A DNA stretch of 64,000 nucleotides from Catajapyx aquilonaris (lineage: Eukaryota): the NCBI GenBank assembly GCA_000934665.2, contig KZ538405.1, positions 1-64,000 on the forward strand. The letters are read 5' to 3'. The notes under the pieces were generated by a model, which worked only from the letters and a program-made list of their open reading frames with translations, was not told where the DNA came from and made no database searches. Position 1 is the first letter of the stretch; each line of letters opens with the position of its first letter. A program made the translations under genes and the position numbers. This document shows positions 27,701 through 42,500 of the stretch, one piece after another.

Positions 27701-30700
27701 GGATGATAATCTGCGAGACGAAAAATTGACAGGCTGAGTCACCCAGATATTAATAGAGAGGATGCATGACCTCAGAGACAATTCCATATGCAGGTAGCAT
27801 TTAGAGGTTACATTTTTATTATTATTTTTTTTTACAGACAGTGTTTTGGCTGCATGTAATCTGGCTGGACAGATACAGGGTAATCTGTATTACGAGCCGG
27901 ATAAAAAGACGAGGTGTGGCGAGATGGCCTTCAGACTTTATACAACATGAGGCTTGTAATATCTAATGCACCAGCCGGAAACAGCTGACGTGAGTTCCCA
28001 AACACTATTTGCAGATGCGGGACGACCGCGGTTGGAAATAGGCCACGTCGCGGTTGATAGTTTGTCCGGTTTCGGTATTCTCGGTGCACGGTGGAGGGGT
28101 TGTGGGGCCGTATATATAGACAATGTAGGTCGTAAATTGCTGCGGCATGCGGTGTCATTCTCCCGAGAGAGATAATGTACCCGGCAGGTGATGTAGTTCC
28201 AACCCTGATCATATGAACACACCACTAGGGGAGCTTTGTAGATAGGCGTAGTTCAGATGTGGTGGTCGTGCAATGCGTGTGGTTCGAGGAAAAGGACATG
28301 TACGAAGCCTTGATGATGATGTCGCGTGAGATGGTGACCACTAGGGACATGTGGGACGATATGGAGTTTGGGTTGTACTGGCAGCGGCTTCGTGGCGTGT
28401 TTCTGTGGGAGCCTAGACGCAGGTCCGATTCGGACGTTGGGATGCAAGTGTACCGCCGGACATCGTCAGGTATGAGCAACTTACACCAATGACCATAAGT
28501 TGAACCAGAAGTTACGCTAGGTTGGCAACAGCGGAATGACGACTCTATTGCGACTTGGATATTGACATGTGTATAGCACAATGCACCTGCCGGCACCTGC
28601 CAATTGTGTGCATGTCAGGAGTACAGTACTTGACCCTTGAATCGGAGAGCACACTCCTTGAATCGGATAAAATGCCAAGTAGGGAAATGTTGAATCACGA
28701 TGTACACATAAATCGCAATAACATAGCATGGAATTTTCGTCGCACTGTTATAGCAGTACCAATGCACTACAGTGGTACTGCTAAGTTAGCAGTACCTATC
28801 ACGACAAATATTCCACTCGTTGCTTTTATTTACGTCAACTTTGTGACGGCACATGCCTTACATACGATAATCGCAGATGCGCCGTACTTTATGACCTGTC
28901 GACCCTAAACCCGATTTGAATGTACGCACCATCATTTTATTATACAAGTTGTTTATTTTCATTCACTTTTATCGGCCAATGGCAAGGACGGCTCGAGGGC
29001 GTCACGTCATGATTTGACTGTAAATTTTTGTGTGTGGCTTCGAAGTATTCATGCAGCAGGATTTCGACGAAGCGATTGCAGATTAAGCTGGCTTTTGTTC
29101 CCATAGCTTAAAGGCTATCGCTTGCTTGGCATTTCAAATTGCGTATGTAGCACGTATCCGAACCGATCTGGAATTATCCGTCGAAATCCGGAGAAGCTTC
29201 GTCACACATCCGCATGTGTTTATCAACAAGAATTCCGACACCAGGCAGATGCGAGCATGTATGTCAATACATTGTAAATATAGGCATATCTGGGGACAAG
29301 TCTGGGGATATTGTTGTACTGACGTACTATGCTGTCCGTTTCCTACTCCGATATGTCCAGCAAGTATTTTATAACCATGACGCGTAGCACAATTGCATTC
29401 AAATGGATAAATGCATCATAATGCTCTGACGGGTCTACAGTGTATAGTGGTGGAAATTAATGTATAAGCACAAGTATCGCCGCCTGGCGGACCTTTTCCA
29501 TTTGCTTCATGTAAAGGAAAAGCTCCGCCAGGCTGCGATACTTGTGCTTATCCATTAATTTCCACGACTGCACTGTACAAAAACACTTCGGTTATTGCGA
29601 ATTTTTGGCACACATGACGTCACTGATGGATTTATGCATTTCAGGCTCTTCAGAGACATCTAACCTGGTGCGCATGCGCAGCTCGGTCCTCGGACAGTCG
29701 GCGCCATCTTTATCTGCCAGTATGGTAAGTTGAACGATTTTTGTTTAAAAAAAAATATGAAAACACCTCTGCTTGGACATCTTGTAGGGTTATAAAAATT
29801 GTTCTGGACCCCTATTTTTATTATGAAAACCTCCCATTGTAATAAGGTGTCATAACCGCCTGGGCAGATCAGGTTTGACGGCATTCCGGATATTTTTAGG
29901 GGCACCCTTTGAGGGAGCTGTTTGTTTGCGTTCGGCGGGTCGTCAATCGAAAAGCTGTTTGCATATCTAATGATGGGAAAAAAATAACGTTTTTTGATTG
30001 CCCAGGCACACTAATCGATGGCCTAACCCCTTCAAGAATTGGAAACAGTTTGTGTGAGTTGGGAACATTGCACTAGCCAGTGTGAGTAACTTCCTCACCA
30101 TGTTTGTACTGTAGTCATGCAATCGCCAAATATATACGACCGCACTTTGCTCTCATATAGTGAGAATATTCCCACTTCCATGAGAGTCAGCTAAAAATGA
30201 GGTTATCTGACGGAGGAAAACAACATCCTTCCTATTTTCCCACCAGATAAACTCCCACTGTTTGGGTATATGTTACACGCTGCATGTTTTGTTTTTTTGT
30301 TTGTTTGTTTGTTACGTGGGGATACTTAATATCGTTCGGTGTTGGATGTCAGTATACGAAAATGGGAGTAAGCACCATATATGGGCAGGGGAAGAAGATG
30401 GGGGCGGTTTGGTGAAAACTGAGGGTGAAAGTGTGCATGGTTATGGCCTACTCTTAATTGGAAGTGGGTCACACATTTAATTTGCGCGTACATACCAAGT
30501 TGTGTCAGTGAATATTTATACACTGATCCCTGCCTTTTAGCAAAGGGGGGTTATCCGCGTCTAAGAATACTGGGGGGAACACATCAAATGTCTGTGGTTG
30601 ATCAACAAACACGCGTGACTTTTGGGTCGCGGCCAACTCGTAAATAAAGAGATAAGTATGCGCGGGTGGCTCCCAGTGTGTGCTACTGAACTTGAAATTT

Positions 30701-33700
30701 TTTAAGACGACTGTTCATGGAGCAAACGGGATGTGAGTCAATCCTAGAGGCATTTTTGCGTAAGGGTTGGCCCGGAAGCTGCATTGTTGGGATTGTTGTT
30801 ATGTCCGGACCAGGCGCTGCCATCTGCCGAGAGAAACGCTCGATTTTGGCATAGAAGCTGCTGGTTGATTCGCCATCTGGGAGAGTCGGGTTGGAACTAA
30901 CAGCGCAGGCTCAGCAGTAGCAGCGATTTATGGGCTGCTCAGCGATAGGTGTCGAGGGAGGATAGCGACGATAAATTCAGGCCTAATTGAGAGGTCTGGA
31001 TGAAGCTAGGCTCACGGTGCAGAATGAATGGGAGACAAATTGTCCTGTCCTGAAAGTTTACTGTGTAAATTGTTTGAAAAATATTCTCACAGATATTTGA
31101 TGTCCGCGCACTTGCATGATGTGCGCTGATCAATGATGAGTGTCCGGATCGATCTGTCCGGTGGCGTGCCCCGAGTTTGATGGATAAGCTGAAGGTGCAG
31201 AGTTGTCTGAATTATGGAGCACCGTTGACACCTTTCGCGGAACTGCGGTTGCCATGCAATTTTCGCAATATCCAGTAGCCTAGCTGTACTTGAACCGAGA
31301 ATGTGGCAAATGGGACCTTGATAAACACCCCTAGTTTTTATAGGTTTAGGTTTATGTTGATTCGGAAGAAGCCAAAGGCTATCTGGCTATAAGGTGGGAC
31401 AAGTGAAGACAGAAACGAAGAGAGGAAAGACTGTTGATATCTCTCTTAGTCCTAATCTTAGTCTGTCCGACTTTGTAGACGAAGATCTACCGCCGGCATA
31501 GCTCTTGGGGTCATGGGAGACCACCTCCACGACAAAGTGGCTTGTTTTTTTCATAGCACCATGGGGATATGTATTTCATGAAGGCCTTTTTTGACCCTAG
31601 GAGGCCGCCATATTTTCTGCAATGTGCATAAGTCAGCGGTGTGGCTAACCCGTTTACGCAAAACCGGCCAAGGGTGTGTCCAGACCACTTACGTTGACCA
31701 CTCTTTGCCGCCGCATCTGCAAAGTTCAATTTCCGCCCTTTTGGTGCGGGGTCTCTTCTGCGGCTCGGAGGATAATGAGCTGGAAAAGTGAGCACACTGC
31801 GAATACATGGTGGGAAAATGAAACGCCTCATTAGCCAGCGGGGGTGAAGGAAGAAGTATGACCCAGGTAGGGGGGAAAAAATGGCGAATTTTCCGGGAGC
31901 AATTCATTTCTGTGGGGGTAAATGCGGACTTATCGTGATATTTGAAAGTGTGCAACTAACAGCGCCGCGTGGTAAATTCAGAGGAAGTTGCAGCTAAAAT
32001 CCCCCCNNNNNNNCCCCCCCCCCCCCCCCCCCCGGGCCCAAAACCAGGTCCAAAACGATCGAAGGCACCGTCTGTCGGTGGGGAATTATGGCCCGAATTA
32101 TTGCGGGCCACGTTTCTAGTCGTGTCGAACATTGCAGTGGATATGTGTACAGCAGGCCAAAATATTCAAGAGTTAGGGTGCACCAACTATTGGTATATAA
32201 AAACCATGACGGTGTTTCGCGTGGGATCTGGAGCGAGTTTAGGAAATGCCAAAAAATTGCTTTTGGACCCAGGCCAAAATCCCATCCATTGATTCTGTTG
32301 GAACGAAATTTGGGCCAAACGATTTCATTTTTTTTTCGTGCATGCGTGGGGTAGGTCCAGAACTTGCATGATATATTGGGACAATAGCCCCATGAGCCTA
32401 AGGCAGATTTTTGAGATATCTTTCTTCTAATCCGCTATTTCTCTCCGTCGGATGTTTGTCCGACCTGATAGAGCGCTGGCGGCGGATTTACCACATAGTA
32501 CTATTCTTCACGTGGAGTTGGCGCACCATTACCCTTCATACTCCTGCCAATATTAAGTCGTGCGGAAGATAGTGGAACTATCAGGTCGGACAAACATGCG
32601 ACGTGGAGAATGCTCCCAAATTTGGCGATGGGTTCACTAGTACTGTTAGAAGAGGAAGCGTTGGGATCAAATTGGAATGTGCTCATTGGATTAACTAGGG
32701 ACTGGGACTGAATCCGACCACTTTCTATTGGAAATGGGCGGGATTTCGGATGCGGCGGAATTGGGCGAGATTCTCATGGGGAGGTCGTGGAAATTTTGGG
32801 TCGACCCGCAGGGTTCTTGGCGTGCAAGTTTGGGAGGTAAATTTTGCTGCGGGTAACAAAAAAAAATAGCGGTGATTAGTAGCAGCGACTCGGCTACTCA
32901 CGCTGTACCTATAGCCTTATGAATAATTGCGATTGCATCGGCGGCTCCTTCAGATGCGGAAGGCCGTGTGGGGAAAGGCCGTGCTCTTTAGAAACAGTGG
33001 CTCCAGAGGGGCCTCTTTTCAAGTGCTCTCTCGTTGAACGTTCCCATTCTAACACTATGAATAATGCAAGAGGTGGGTGGGTTCTATCCGTGATCACCCC
33101 ACCCCAGTTTCTACCCCAAAAGGCACGGGGCGCCCTCTTTTTAAGCCCAGGCTTCATTCAATTAACGGCCTAATTAAACGACCAAATGATAAAATTTTTA
33201 GCAGATACGTACGTCATATCTGTGGGTGATCGAACTGTGTCCACCCACCGTCATCGAGTTAATTCGTCGTAATAACCCGGAGGTGGGTGTGGAGAGTGGG
33301 TGATTAATCAGAGTGGGTTTTTTTCCCCGTCGCCAAATGTGGGTTTATTTCCGGAGATGTATGAACAATAAACTGGTTGTCATTTAGGGGTTTCCCCAGG
33401 GGGATGTCCATTTTTTGGTGGGTGTAATGGACTCCCGGGGACACCGTTTGAATAGCCTAATAATATGCTTTGTAGCTAGTTAACCCCTGGTCACCTCATT
33501 CAATTGAAGGAATTTGCGCAATTGAGATTGCATTCTAGGCAGGCATTTTCGTGTACAAAAAAAAAGGCCAAATCCGCAATGCTGATACAGGTTACATGTG
33601 AAGTGGGAATAAAATGCGGAGAATCGATAGAGTGTACCGGCAACGCAGATATACCAGCTTGGAGGAACCACGACCTGCCTCGACTCGTTTTAGAAAGAAG

Positions 33701-36700
33701 ATGATAGCCTTCCCTAGTGTCAGTCACGTCTAGAAAGTTGCTAGGGTCCAGAAAAAGCCTCAGCTCTCTCTAGTATACTTGGAGACAGGATGCTCTTGTA
33801 TTGATCAGAAGAAGGGGAAGAGGGAGCCTTGACTTGAGGGGGAGTTTGTGACGCACGAGGAAGCTGGTTTTTAGTGGGAGGGAGGGTGACGCCACTGTGA
33901 CATTCACTCAAAATAATGTTCTTGGTAGCCGACCCTCACTTTCATTCCAAACCGGATGCCAATTGGTGCCAGGTGAATTGCAAAAAAAAATATTACTGAA
34001 ACCAAATGTAAGTTTTGACCAAATAATTTCTTATGCAAACCGAGGTGTTTTGATACCAATCATTGCTGGAGTTGTCACACGACGAGTTGTCGTTCAGCAG
34101 GGGGTTGACAATGTGGCTCGACTCCCTCGAAACCGTGGTATTATCAGCGACAGGCGGAAAGGAACAGTCTAATTGACTGGCGTGTAATTACCTGGTCGAT
34201 AGTCGTGGCCTGTTTCATTCACTTGTCGAAGTGCAATTCCCGAAGTTTGGGGGGGTACTAAGTAAAAGTTTGGTCCTCCGCCCTCCCAAACTGGCAAAAG
34301 GGCAAAGGTTAGGCGACTCCCACAGAAAGCGACATTGATCCTCAGCAGGATAAAAAACCCTAGAGTTATGTAAGTACTTGTAGACATAATTGAAAGGCAT
34401 CGTCTTGCGTGCAAAAAAAGCGAGTCTCGTTAGTCTCTCTTGGGAAGTACCGGAACCTGAGAGTCAACATTGCCAAATTGCAGTGACGGCAAATGAGACA
34501 TTCAATACTGCTGTATTATAAGTTTGATAAATAACCGTTACATGTGTCGGGTAATGCAATATCCCCGGGGGGAAAAAATGTTTTGGAGAGGCGAAAAGCT
34601 TTTTGAACCGAAAAAATTCTCCAAGTGAAAAATCCATCACAGTTTTTTTTTATTATAGATTGGCGAGCTCTGATTCGCTTTCTGCTCGCCCACGCTCCTA
34701 GCAATATCAAACAAACACGCAAACTTTTGCAAACTTTATTTCGCCATCCGGAATGGATGAGTTTGAAGCCCTGGTTTACAGATTACGTAAAACTCCGGTT
34801 CTCTCTTTTTTTTAATCATACCAAATCACGCAGCTTGCCCAGGGCCCGTGCGTATATATAAATCTTGGCAGCCCGTTAAGTTGTTGTACCTATCTGCAAA
34901 TGCTGACGTAAGTGTTGTCCTCCCAGAATCGACCTCTGGACACCGAAATTAGCGCCAAAAAGTTTTTCCGCTGTGAGGGGTTAGCCGTCTCATTATGCAA
35001 AAAAGCACAAAGGAGGGGGGAGGGTAATTTGCCATCATTCGCATTCCATTTGGTGGCCACTGCGATTTTTTTTTGCGGGGGCTAAAAGTTTGGCAAGTGT
35101 AACACCGTCCCCTTGGTTTTTGAGAGCGCGGAGGGTAGAGTGTGGCATAATTCCCTTTGCCTGCAGCCAGGCATAGAGAGAGAGGACGAAATCTAATTTA
35201 AACGGCGCTGCCTTCGAGGCTGGTCCGAACATGGCTTCTCTGCAGGAAAATTTTCGGAGCACTGTAGCTTCACCTGCAGCGAGACAATCTGCACGTGGAA
35301 GAAAAGTGGTCGGTGGATGAACTTTCTGGAAACGTGGGAGGAGAAATTCCGATTGTATCCAGTTGCATGTTGGGCAATCCCGTATAATGCCATTTCAACT
35401 GGCGGTATTGACCTTGCCCCGAAAATTGCGCAGAACTTCTGGAGAGCTTGATATAAACTGATGTTAATCGCAGGATCTTAAAATTTGCAAGGAGCCAAAT
35501 AAAATCGGGCCGGGTGTCATTGGCCCTGCCCCGTAAAATGGTAACGAGCGAATTTTGAAACACAATTTCACGAATTTCTGTGCAAAAATTCGACGTCATC
35601 TAGAACTTCCGTTGAAATGACCCCCCCTTAGCAGAAGCACTCGGGCGAAATTCCTTCCACATAAAGCTGCTTACAGGTCCATTTTGGGGGGGTCTGGTCC
35701 TCCTCTGAGCAACCATCGGCAAAGTCAATTGCGAACTGCGGAGGCACCTTTATGGTGTTGTCCCAGAGACTCTACTGAGGGGGCTTATGGCAAAGAGAAT
35801 TAAAGTATTTTCGCAGAATAATCCAGCCCGATTTACCGTCCAGCTGAGTTGATAATGGAAATGGATTAACTTTGATGGTGGGGGAGCTAGAAAACATTCA
35901 ACAAATGCAAGGGTTGGGTGCAGTTATGTTTATTAATTCGGCAGGAGGATTAAACTTTGGTGCTGCACTATGAAAGTTTCGGGCAGACATCAATATTTCG
36001 GCACTTTTTTTTTTTTGGCGGTGTCCGACCTTATCATGGCTGGTTTTTGTAGTGATGGAAGGGATAAAATTGGCGATAAGGATGCAGAAATTTGAGCTTT
36101 CATGTTTTCACGGTGTAATTTTGTTGGGCGCACGTTTTTGTTTCATTACTGGTTGGTTGTAAATGCAAAATAGTCGGTGTCAGATGTATTGCGTGCGTTT
36201 CATGGATGCGCGTAAGATGGATAACCCTCGAAATGACATGTTAGTTGCCTGCAGGATAATTATCTAGGTTACTTCCAGGTGGTTAATCAGGATGTATTGC
36301 ATGGCAGTGAAGGAAAAAAATTAATTGCACAGCCTCATGAGCGAATGGCACATTTTATTATTCAGTATATTGTACAGTACAATATACATCATGACTCACA
36401 TTTTTTCACATTTGTCATGCCTGCATTTGTATGGTTTGGGCCAATAGAGTTGTGAATCACCCTGTGCAATCGATTGCGACATAATTTCTTTAAAATGAGT
36501 GTCAATTATGCGTGTGACTCTATCAGTAACAGCCGCCACCGTGAATTAGCATGCGAATCGATCCCCACAAACATGTCCTGTCACAGTTGATTTCCATTAA
36601 TAAACTTTTTTTAAGTAAGCGTGCATTCACTCGTTACTGATATGCTGACGTGACTGTAATATTTTGTGTTGTTTGCATGGCAGCTATTTAGAACTTATTT

Positions 36701-39456
36701 GTACCGAATCCGTTTAAAAAGGTGTTAAAAGACATGTATGTCACTACAATACTGTTGTGAATGGTAGATACATTGTTAGTTTTTCTGACGTGAACTACAA
36801 TGGGTTTAGACAGTAGACAGATGACTTCACTGTACAGAGGGCATGACCGTTTCCATCTCTATTTTTTTGCACTACATCCGTTGGATCCAATTATGGGAAA
36901 AAATATGAAGAATCCAACAAGTCTAGTATTTTCCCCTGGAGGCATGTATCCTTTACTATGGAACAAATCACTTCAGATTTTAGAACTTCCTGAGAGGCTA
37001 ATATTGGGCCAAGGTCCTTTTGTTTCGCCCCCGTGTTCTGCCAGCACCACTTTTGTGCACTTCCCTCCTCCCAACAAAAGGAATCTCCTCCCCAAACTCT
37101 CCAGCCAATGATGAATGGTAGGGTCTGGGGGACGTGGCCTTATACTTTGGGATTCACCCTGTGGGATATACTTCCTGCTGAGCGCCCCCGAGTCCGTTAA
37201 GTTGTCTACGCAGTTTCCCCCTAATGAGAGGGGCTTTTAGGTTTTGGGAGGGGGGGAAAAGCTTACGTCGGATTTACGGCATAAATTTGCTCCAATTGTA
37301 GCGAGTTTGACCTGAACACTAGGTGGCCGCTGAATAGGTGCAGTAATTTACATGCGAATAATGCAGTGGGGGACCGGACATTTTGAGACTATCCAACAAA
37401 AAAAGTTTTACTGATTTAATGCTTCAGAATGTAGTTAAAGGGAAGTTGAGTGCAGTTATTCACTAAAACGCTGGGATAATGATGAGGCATCTTATTGGGA
37501 GCCGGCGAAAAGTCTGGTTTGGAGGATATTGATTGGGTCGAGCGACAGTATACATCGCCGCCAAGCGACTTTGGCCTTCGAAGCTATAAAGTGTCGAAAA
37601 GTTTTGCTGATAACTCGCGGCGTTTGAATCACGAGAGGAATTATGTTATCCGGGACGGGAGGCAGACAAAAAAAAAAAAAAAGTTGCAGGGCGGTCAAGC
37701 GTCAGGCGAACTTTCGGGTATCCAGATTGATTAACTCTGGATACACTGCGGATTTTCTGGAGGCAACTCGTGGCAGGACGAAACAGTGGTTACATATTTT
37801 TTTTATTATTTATTAATTTAATTTCCGGAATTGTAAGCCATCCGAGAAGCGCAAATTGAGAGTAAAAAATGGTCCGGGCTAAAATGAGGGCAGGAAGTAA
37901 CGAAGACGAAACGGATGGAAAAACGACAACGACGCCAATTTCGTCTTCGCTGGTTCATTACTTGGCCAAACGTGTCACAGCACAGAAAGGATGGGAAAAA
38001 AAGAAGAGGATTCCCCTTTGGAGAAGGCTTCACTTCTTTGAGATAGGAAAAGACCTTAAGTAAGAGTAATCGCAAGGACTAGTGTGCTCGTGGGAGTGAG
38101 GTAAAAAGAGAAGGAAATATACACTCTGGTTTCATGGATCTACATGGGATAGGGTTTGGACTTTTACTACTGTGAAACTGCGGTCCTTTGAGGGGAAAAC
38201 TAGGGCCGATTTTTGAATGCCTCGGTGGAGAGCGAGTCTCAAGGGAAATGCCCAGTGTGTTTGAGCGCAACGGGGTAATGCCAGGGCCGATTTCATGTAG
38301 ATTTACCTCCCTTAGAGACGAATGGTAGAAGCTGAAATCGAAGAGGGCTTCCTGGAATTATGTGTACACTAGAGAGGGTGGTGGGGGGGCTTTTACGTCG
38401 GTTCTTTTTTATGCGCGGTACCCACGCGATCGACAGATCTTCTACTGGCAGTTGTGCACCATGGCAACCCACTCGCTTCGAAGCGCAATCCATCGGTATA
38501 ATCCTCCATCCACCTGGGGGCATCCAGAAACATGCACTGTACCGTGAATCCGCTGTAGCCGGGATTCAAGATGTCTCCTCTGCCAGTATGCCAAACCCAA
38601 CTGTTACGCATAAAGAGAATGCTTGGAAGTGTACACGAGTAGGCCTGCTGTCGTTCTGGATGTTTCAAGATATGGACTAAAAATGGCGCCCGTGTCACGC
38701 AGATCGAACCCAACTTTTATCTGATGGAAATGCAACGTGAATTCGGTGATTATCAACCACTCGCTCAATTTTATTAAGCCTCAGTGTTTGTATCCACTGA
38801 GGGACACAGTGTTTAAACATTTGTAATTTATATATAATAACTGAATTCGGTGGTTATGTTGTTGCATAAAAATTGTAGCTGACACGGTTATAACTATTCC
38901 CATTTTAATGAATTTTAGTGCATTAAAAGCAGCTTATTTTAAAGTAGCTTACTGCAGAGAAATTTCCGGATGATTACGATGATGTACGAAAATAACCGTC
39001 TCCATTTCCAACGTTTAGTTAAGAGTATTAACGGTTCAAACTATTATTACTGTATACAGTTGGGCATTCGACGCTACACTCGCCCCTGGTGAATTTTTAA
39101 TCCGGCTTGTATAGGATTAGAGCTTTTGTCAGGCCGGTTTTATTTGTCGATGTGAAGTAGTCTCCCCTGTATATACGACAGTATAAAATGTAATGAAAAA
39201 GCACATAAATTTAGCTATACGACCAAAATTTGAAGTGTATATCTGCATCAGTAGTTTTTCCTTCCATCATTTTATTATACATTTATCGTGCATTGGCGCA
39301 TATTAACGGACACAATAGCTCCAGGGACTCCAGGTATAGGTCGGACCTCCATGGTCCTCACCCCTCCACTTCTGGACATAAAAATCAGATCACGATTTTC
39401 TAAGACCCCAACTGACTCTGTTCCCATTGGCCAGTTGGCCACACAGGAATCGATAC

Positions 39457-39527
<71 letters not shown>

Positions 39528-42500
39528 GATTATTTACCCCGAGTAACCACTAAAACCTTTTTCCACCTCCCCCTCTGGAGAAAACACTCGAAGAGGGAAA
39601 AACTGGTATTGGGAATCGTCGTGTAAGGTACAGGGGCAATATTAGAAGAAACCATCAGGAACGTGAGAGACGTGTGGAATTAAGTCACTCTTGACCCAGA
39701 GGAAAATCGGGACTTCCGTACTCTTTACCCAGGGTTTTCCTTATCTGTTTGTTTCCGGAGCCCTCTCTTGATGGCACCTAATCGAAAAGGACGCTGTTGA
39801 CTCGGTGGAAACCAATCCTGTCGCATCCAATCCATCACCGTTGTGAAGCTTCTTTCTTTTTTGGGTGGTGGAGATATATGGCGGTCGTTACTTCTCGACT
39901 ACTGGGGTCTTATGAGGCCCTGCAACATTTTTTTTGTTATATAAAAAAAAAGGTTAGGGAGTTCCAACACCGTCAAGTGCAAGAAGTGCAGATCCATCAA
40001 GGCTCCTTTCACTTTTCTGACGTCCATTGTTCCTCACGTGGAGGACAGCACTGACAGAAACGTTCGGTTAGACGTCCTCAATGGCCAGGAACGGGTATTA
40101 CATGGCCATGGATGCGTTAACACGCGGGATTACCTTTTTTTTTTGGGGGGGGGGGGGGNGAGGAGGAGGAAAAGATGAGAAAATGGTCGCTATTAATCTT
40201 GACAGAGTTATACGATCCATTGTTGACTCTTGATGGCACTTTTGTGCTGGCTACTTACTCGTAGTATCGTCCTTTCGGGTGATGGGACGGTGTCTCGTGA
40301 AATATTTCTTGCTATTTCCCTGTGCGAATGAAGCTCATTTCGTATATCCATCAGTTGGCGTCGGAAAGTCATTTTAGTACGCTGACGATATGAAATTCGG
40401 CAATTGATTTTCATTCAATTTTGTTTCATATCGAACGTTCAAATAGATTTTAAATCGTCATATTTCGCAATCATTCTATGACTGATCATTCAATGTACTG
40501 CCAAAAGTCTGTACGTTCTCATCAAAAGCAAGCCCAATTCTTTGATTCGATATTTATACGTCCCCCCCTTTTTTTTAAATATGCATGTAATGCTGGTTTA
40601 GACCTCAGGCCGCGTTGGGTAGAAACCTCTCCCCAAGCAATTAGCGACAAAAGCCATGGCTTGTTAAATATTCACAATTGTATTATTTTGCCGCAGCTTT
40701 TTATGATGGAAAAAAAATGAGCCGGCGTAATTTTAAAGCGGAAAAGGTCAGGAGTTCGAAAAAAAAAAATGTTAATGTTCATCATATGATATTGGTGCGA
40801 CAACCTGATTGGAAAGTGCCATGTGCAATTTTACACTAATGGAGCTGCACCGAACACTCTGGTTTTTAACGGCGTCACTCAAAACTTCATGACCACATGT
40901 TGCGGTTCTCCTGCATCAATGGATAAATGTACGCAATAATCGAGCCTAATGTCCGGTTATGTGTTTACCCCCCACAATTTTCGTGTATCCTAATGTTGTA
41001 TGCAACCCAAACGCCTCTCTTGCATTGCGGGCCGGTCGTGTCACCAGGCGCTTTTTTAGCTGTTTACATCTCCCCAGTTTTGCCTGGGAGAGCAAAGAAC
41101 GTCGAAAATCTCCCCCTTTTTCCTCCTATAGCAAAAGCAGCATGCCATTATCCCAGGGACGTGCGAAAAACACCGCAACGTCGTCGGCACGCGCCGCCAT
41201 TCATCAGCGACGCTCAGACGTCATTTGCTGCCACGTGCAGCTATGTGGGAACAACTCCCGAGCCTACCATCAAGACGGGGCAATAAACCAATGGTCTTCT
41301 TCTTTAAAAAAAAAAGTACAGGGTGGTCCACATTTAGAAAGGAACGCACAAGCTCATAATATTGCGCAAACTGGGTAGTGTAACACCCTGTAATTTTTAG
41401 GACGATTTTTTTTTATGTGACACCAGAGGATGTCGTTTCAAGATTTTTGCATGTTAAAAAAGAGAGCCAGATTTCATGTTGACCAATCAGAATCGGGGTT
41501 GTTGCGGCGCGATTGTTCCTGAGGGACACATTTTGAGTGTAAGAAGACTGAAATTTCGCGAGACGCTTTCATTTTCAGGCCGGTGCCGTTTCTAATCAAG
41601 GAGCTCTGTGCGCTCCCCAACTAGGAAACAAACATGTTTATGAAATTGCTCGAGAGAAGGGTTGGAAGCACGTTAAATTTTTTTTATTAGGTGCCGGCGC
41701 TTGTTAACGGGAAATAACAAGCGGGGGCCGCATTATTCGCGTGGTTTTAAAGCGCTTGCAACTATCGCATGGGGCACACGATAAACGTCACGTCTCATTA
41801 TGTATATGCGTATTTTTTTTTTTTGGACGCGGCATTTTGACAGGTGTAATAAGTGCTGACATCCCATGTGATTCAGGTGGACATGCTCTTAATGAGATGG
41901 TCGATTATTCGTAACAGTCAAAAGTTGCAGAAAAAGATTGGCCCATTTCCGCTGTTCCAGGGTCATTTGAGCTCATGACTGCATTTTCAAGGCAAGAGTA
42001 ATAAATAATGTGGATCTACAGTAGGTTTGGGTGGGGCACTCTGTTTCTGTATGTTTTTTTTGTGTGTGTACTGCGCGGTCATCATCCAAATGGACGTTTC
42101 GTGGTAAATGACCGCACATTTGACACTGACAGGTGAAGGAATGATGCACGAAGAGGAGGGAAAAACAGTGTCGTGCTGCATTTTGATGGGAATAGTGCAT
42201 TTGGTAAAATGATGATAGCCTATAATTTGAAGGATATTTTAAAAATTTTATGCGGCACTAAAATGCGCTAATTGGAAATAGAAACCTTACTGCGTTGCAA
42301 GTAGCGGTGCATTAATAAAGAGGACAACATTGATGCTGCGGCTGTTATATACATTTTTTATCAAAGGCTTCACAATGGGCTTGTAGTCGGTTTTTTGGGT
42401 TTTCGTGAGGGCCTATTTTTTTTTTAGCTCAATTTTCTGTCTCGTATATCGTATATTTGTGGGGGAGGTTTTCTTTCGTTGTGCTTTAGGCTTGGTCACA

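Noticed and set aside
38360..38680. 106-aa ATG ORF with a possible phase-0 donor CGA|GTAGGC
   Set aside because: Weak donor and start context and no recognisable similarity. Not excluded, but not supportable.
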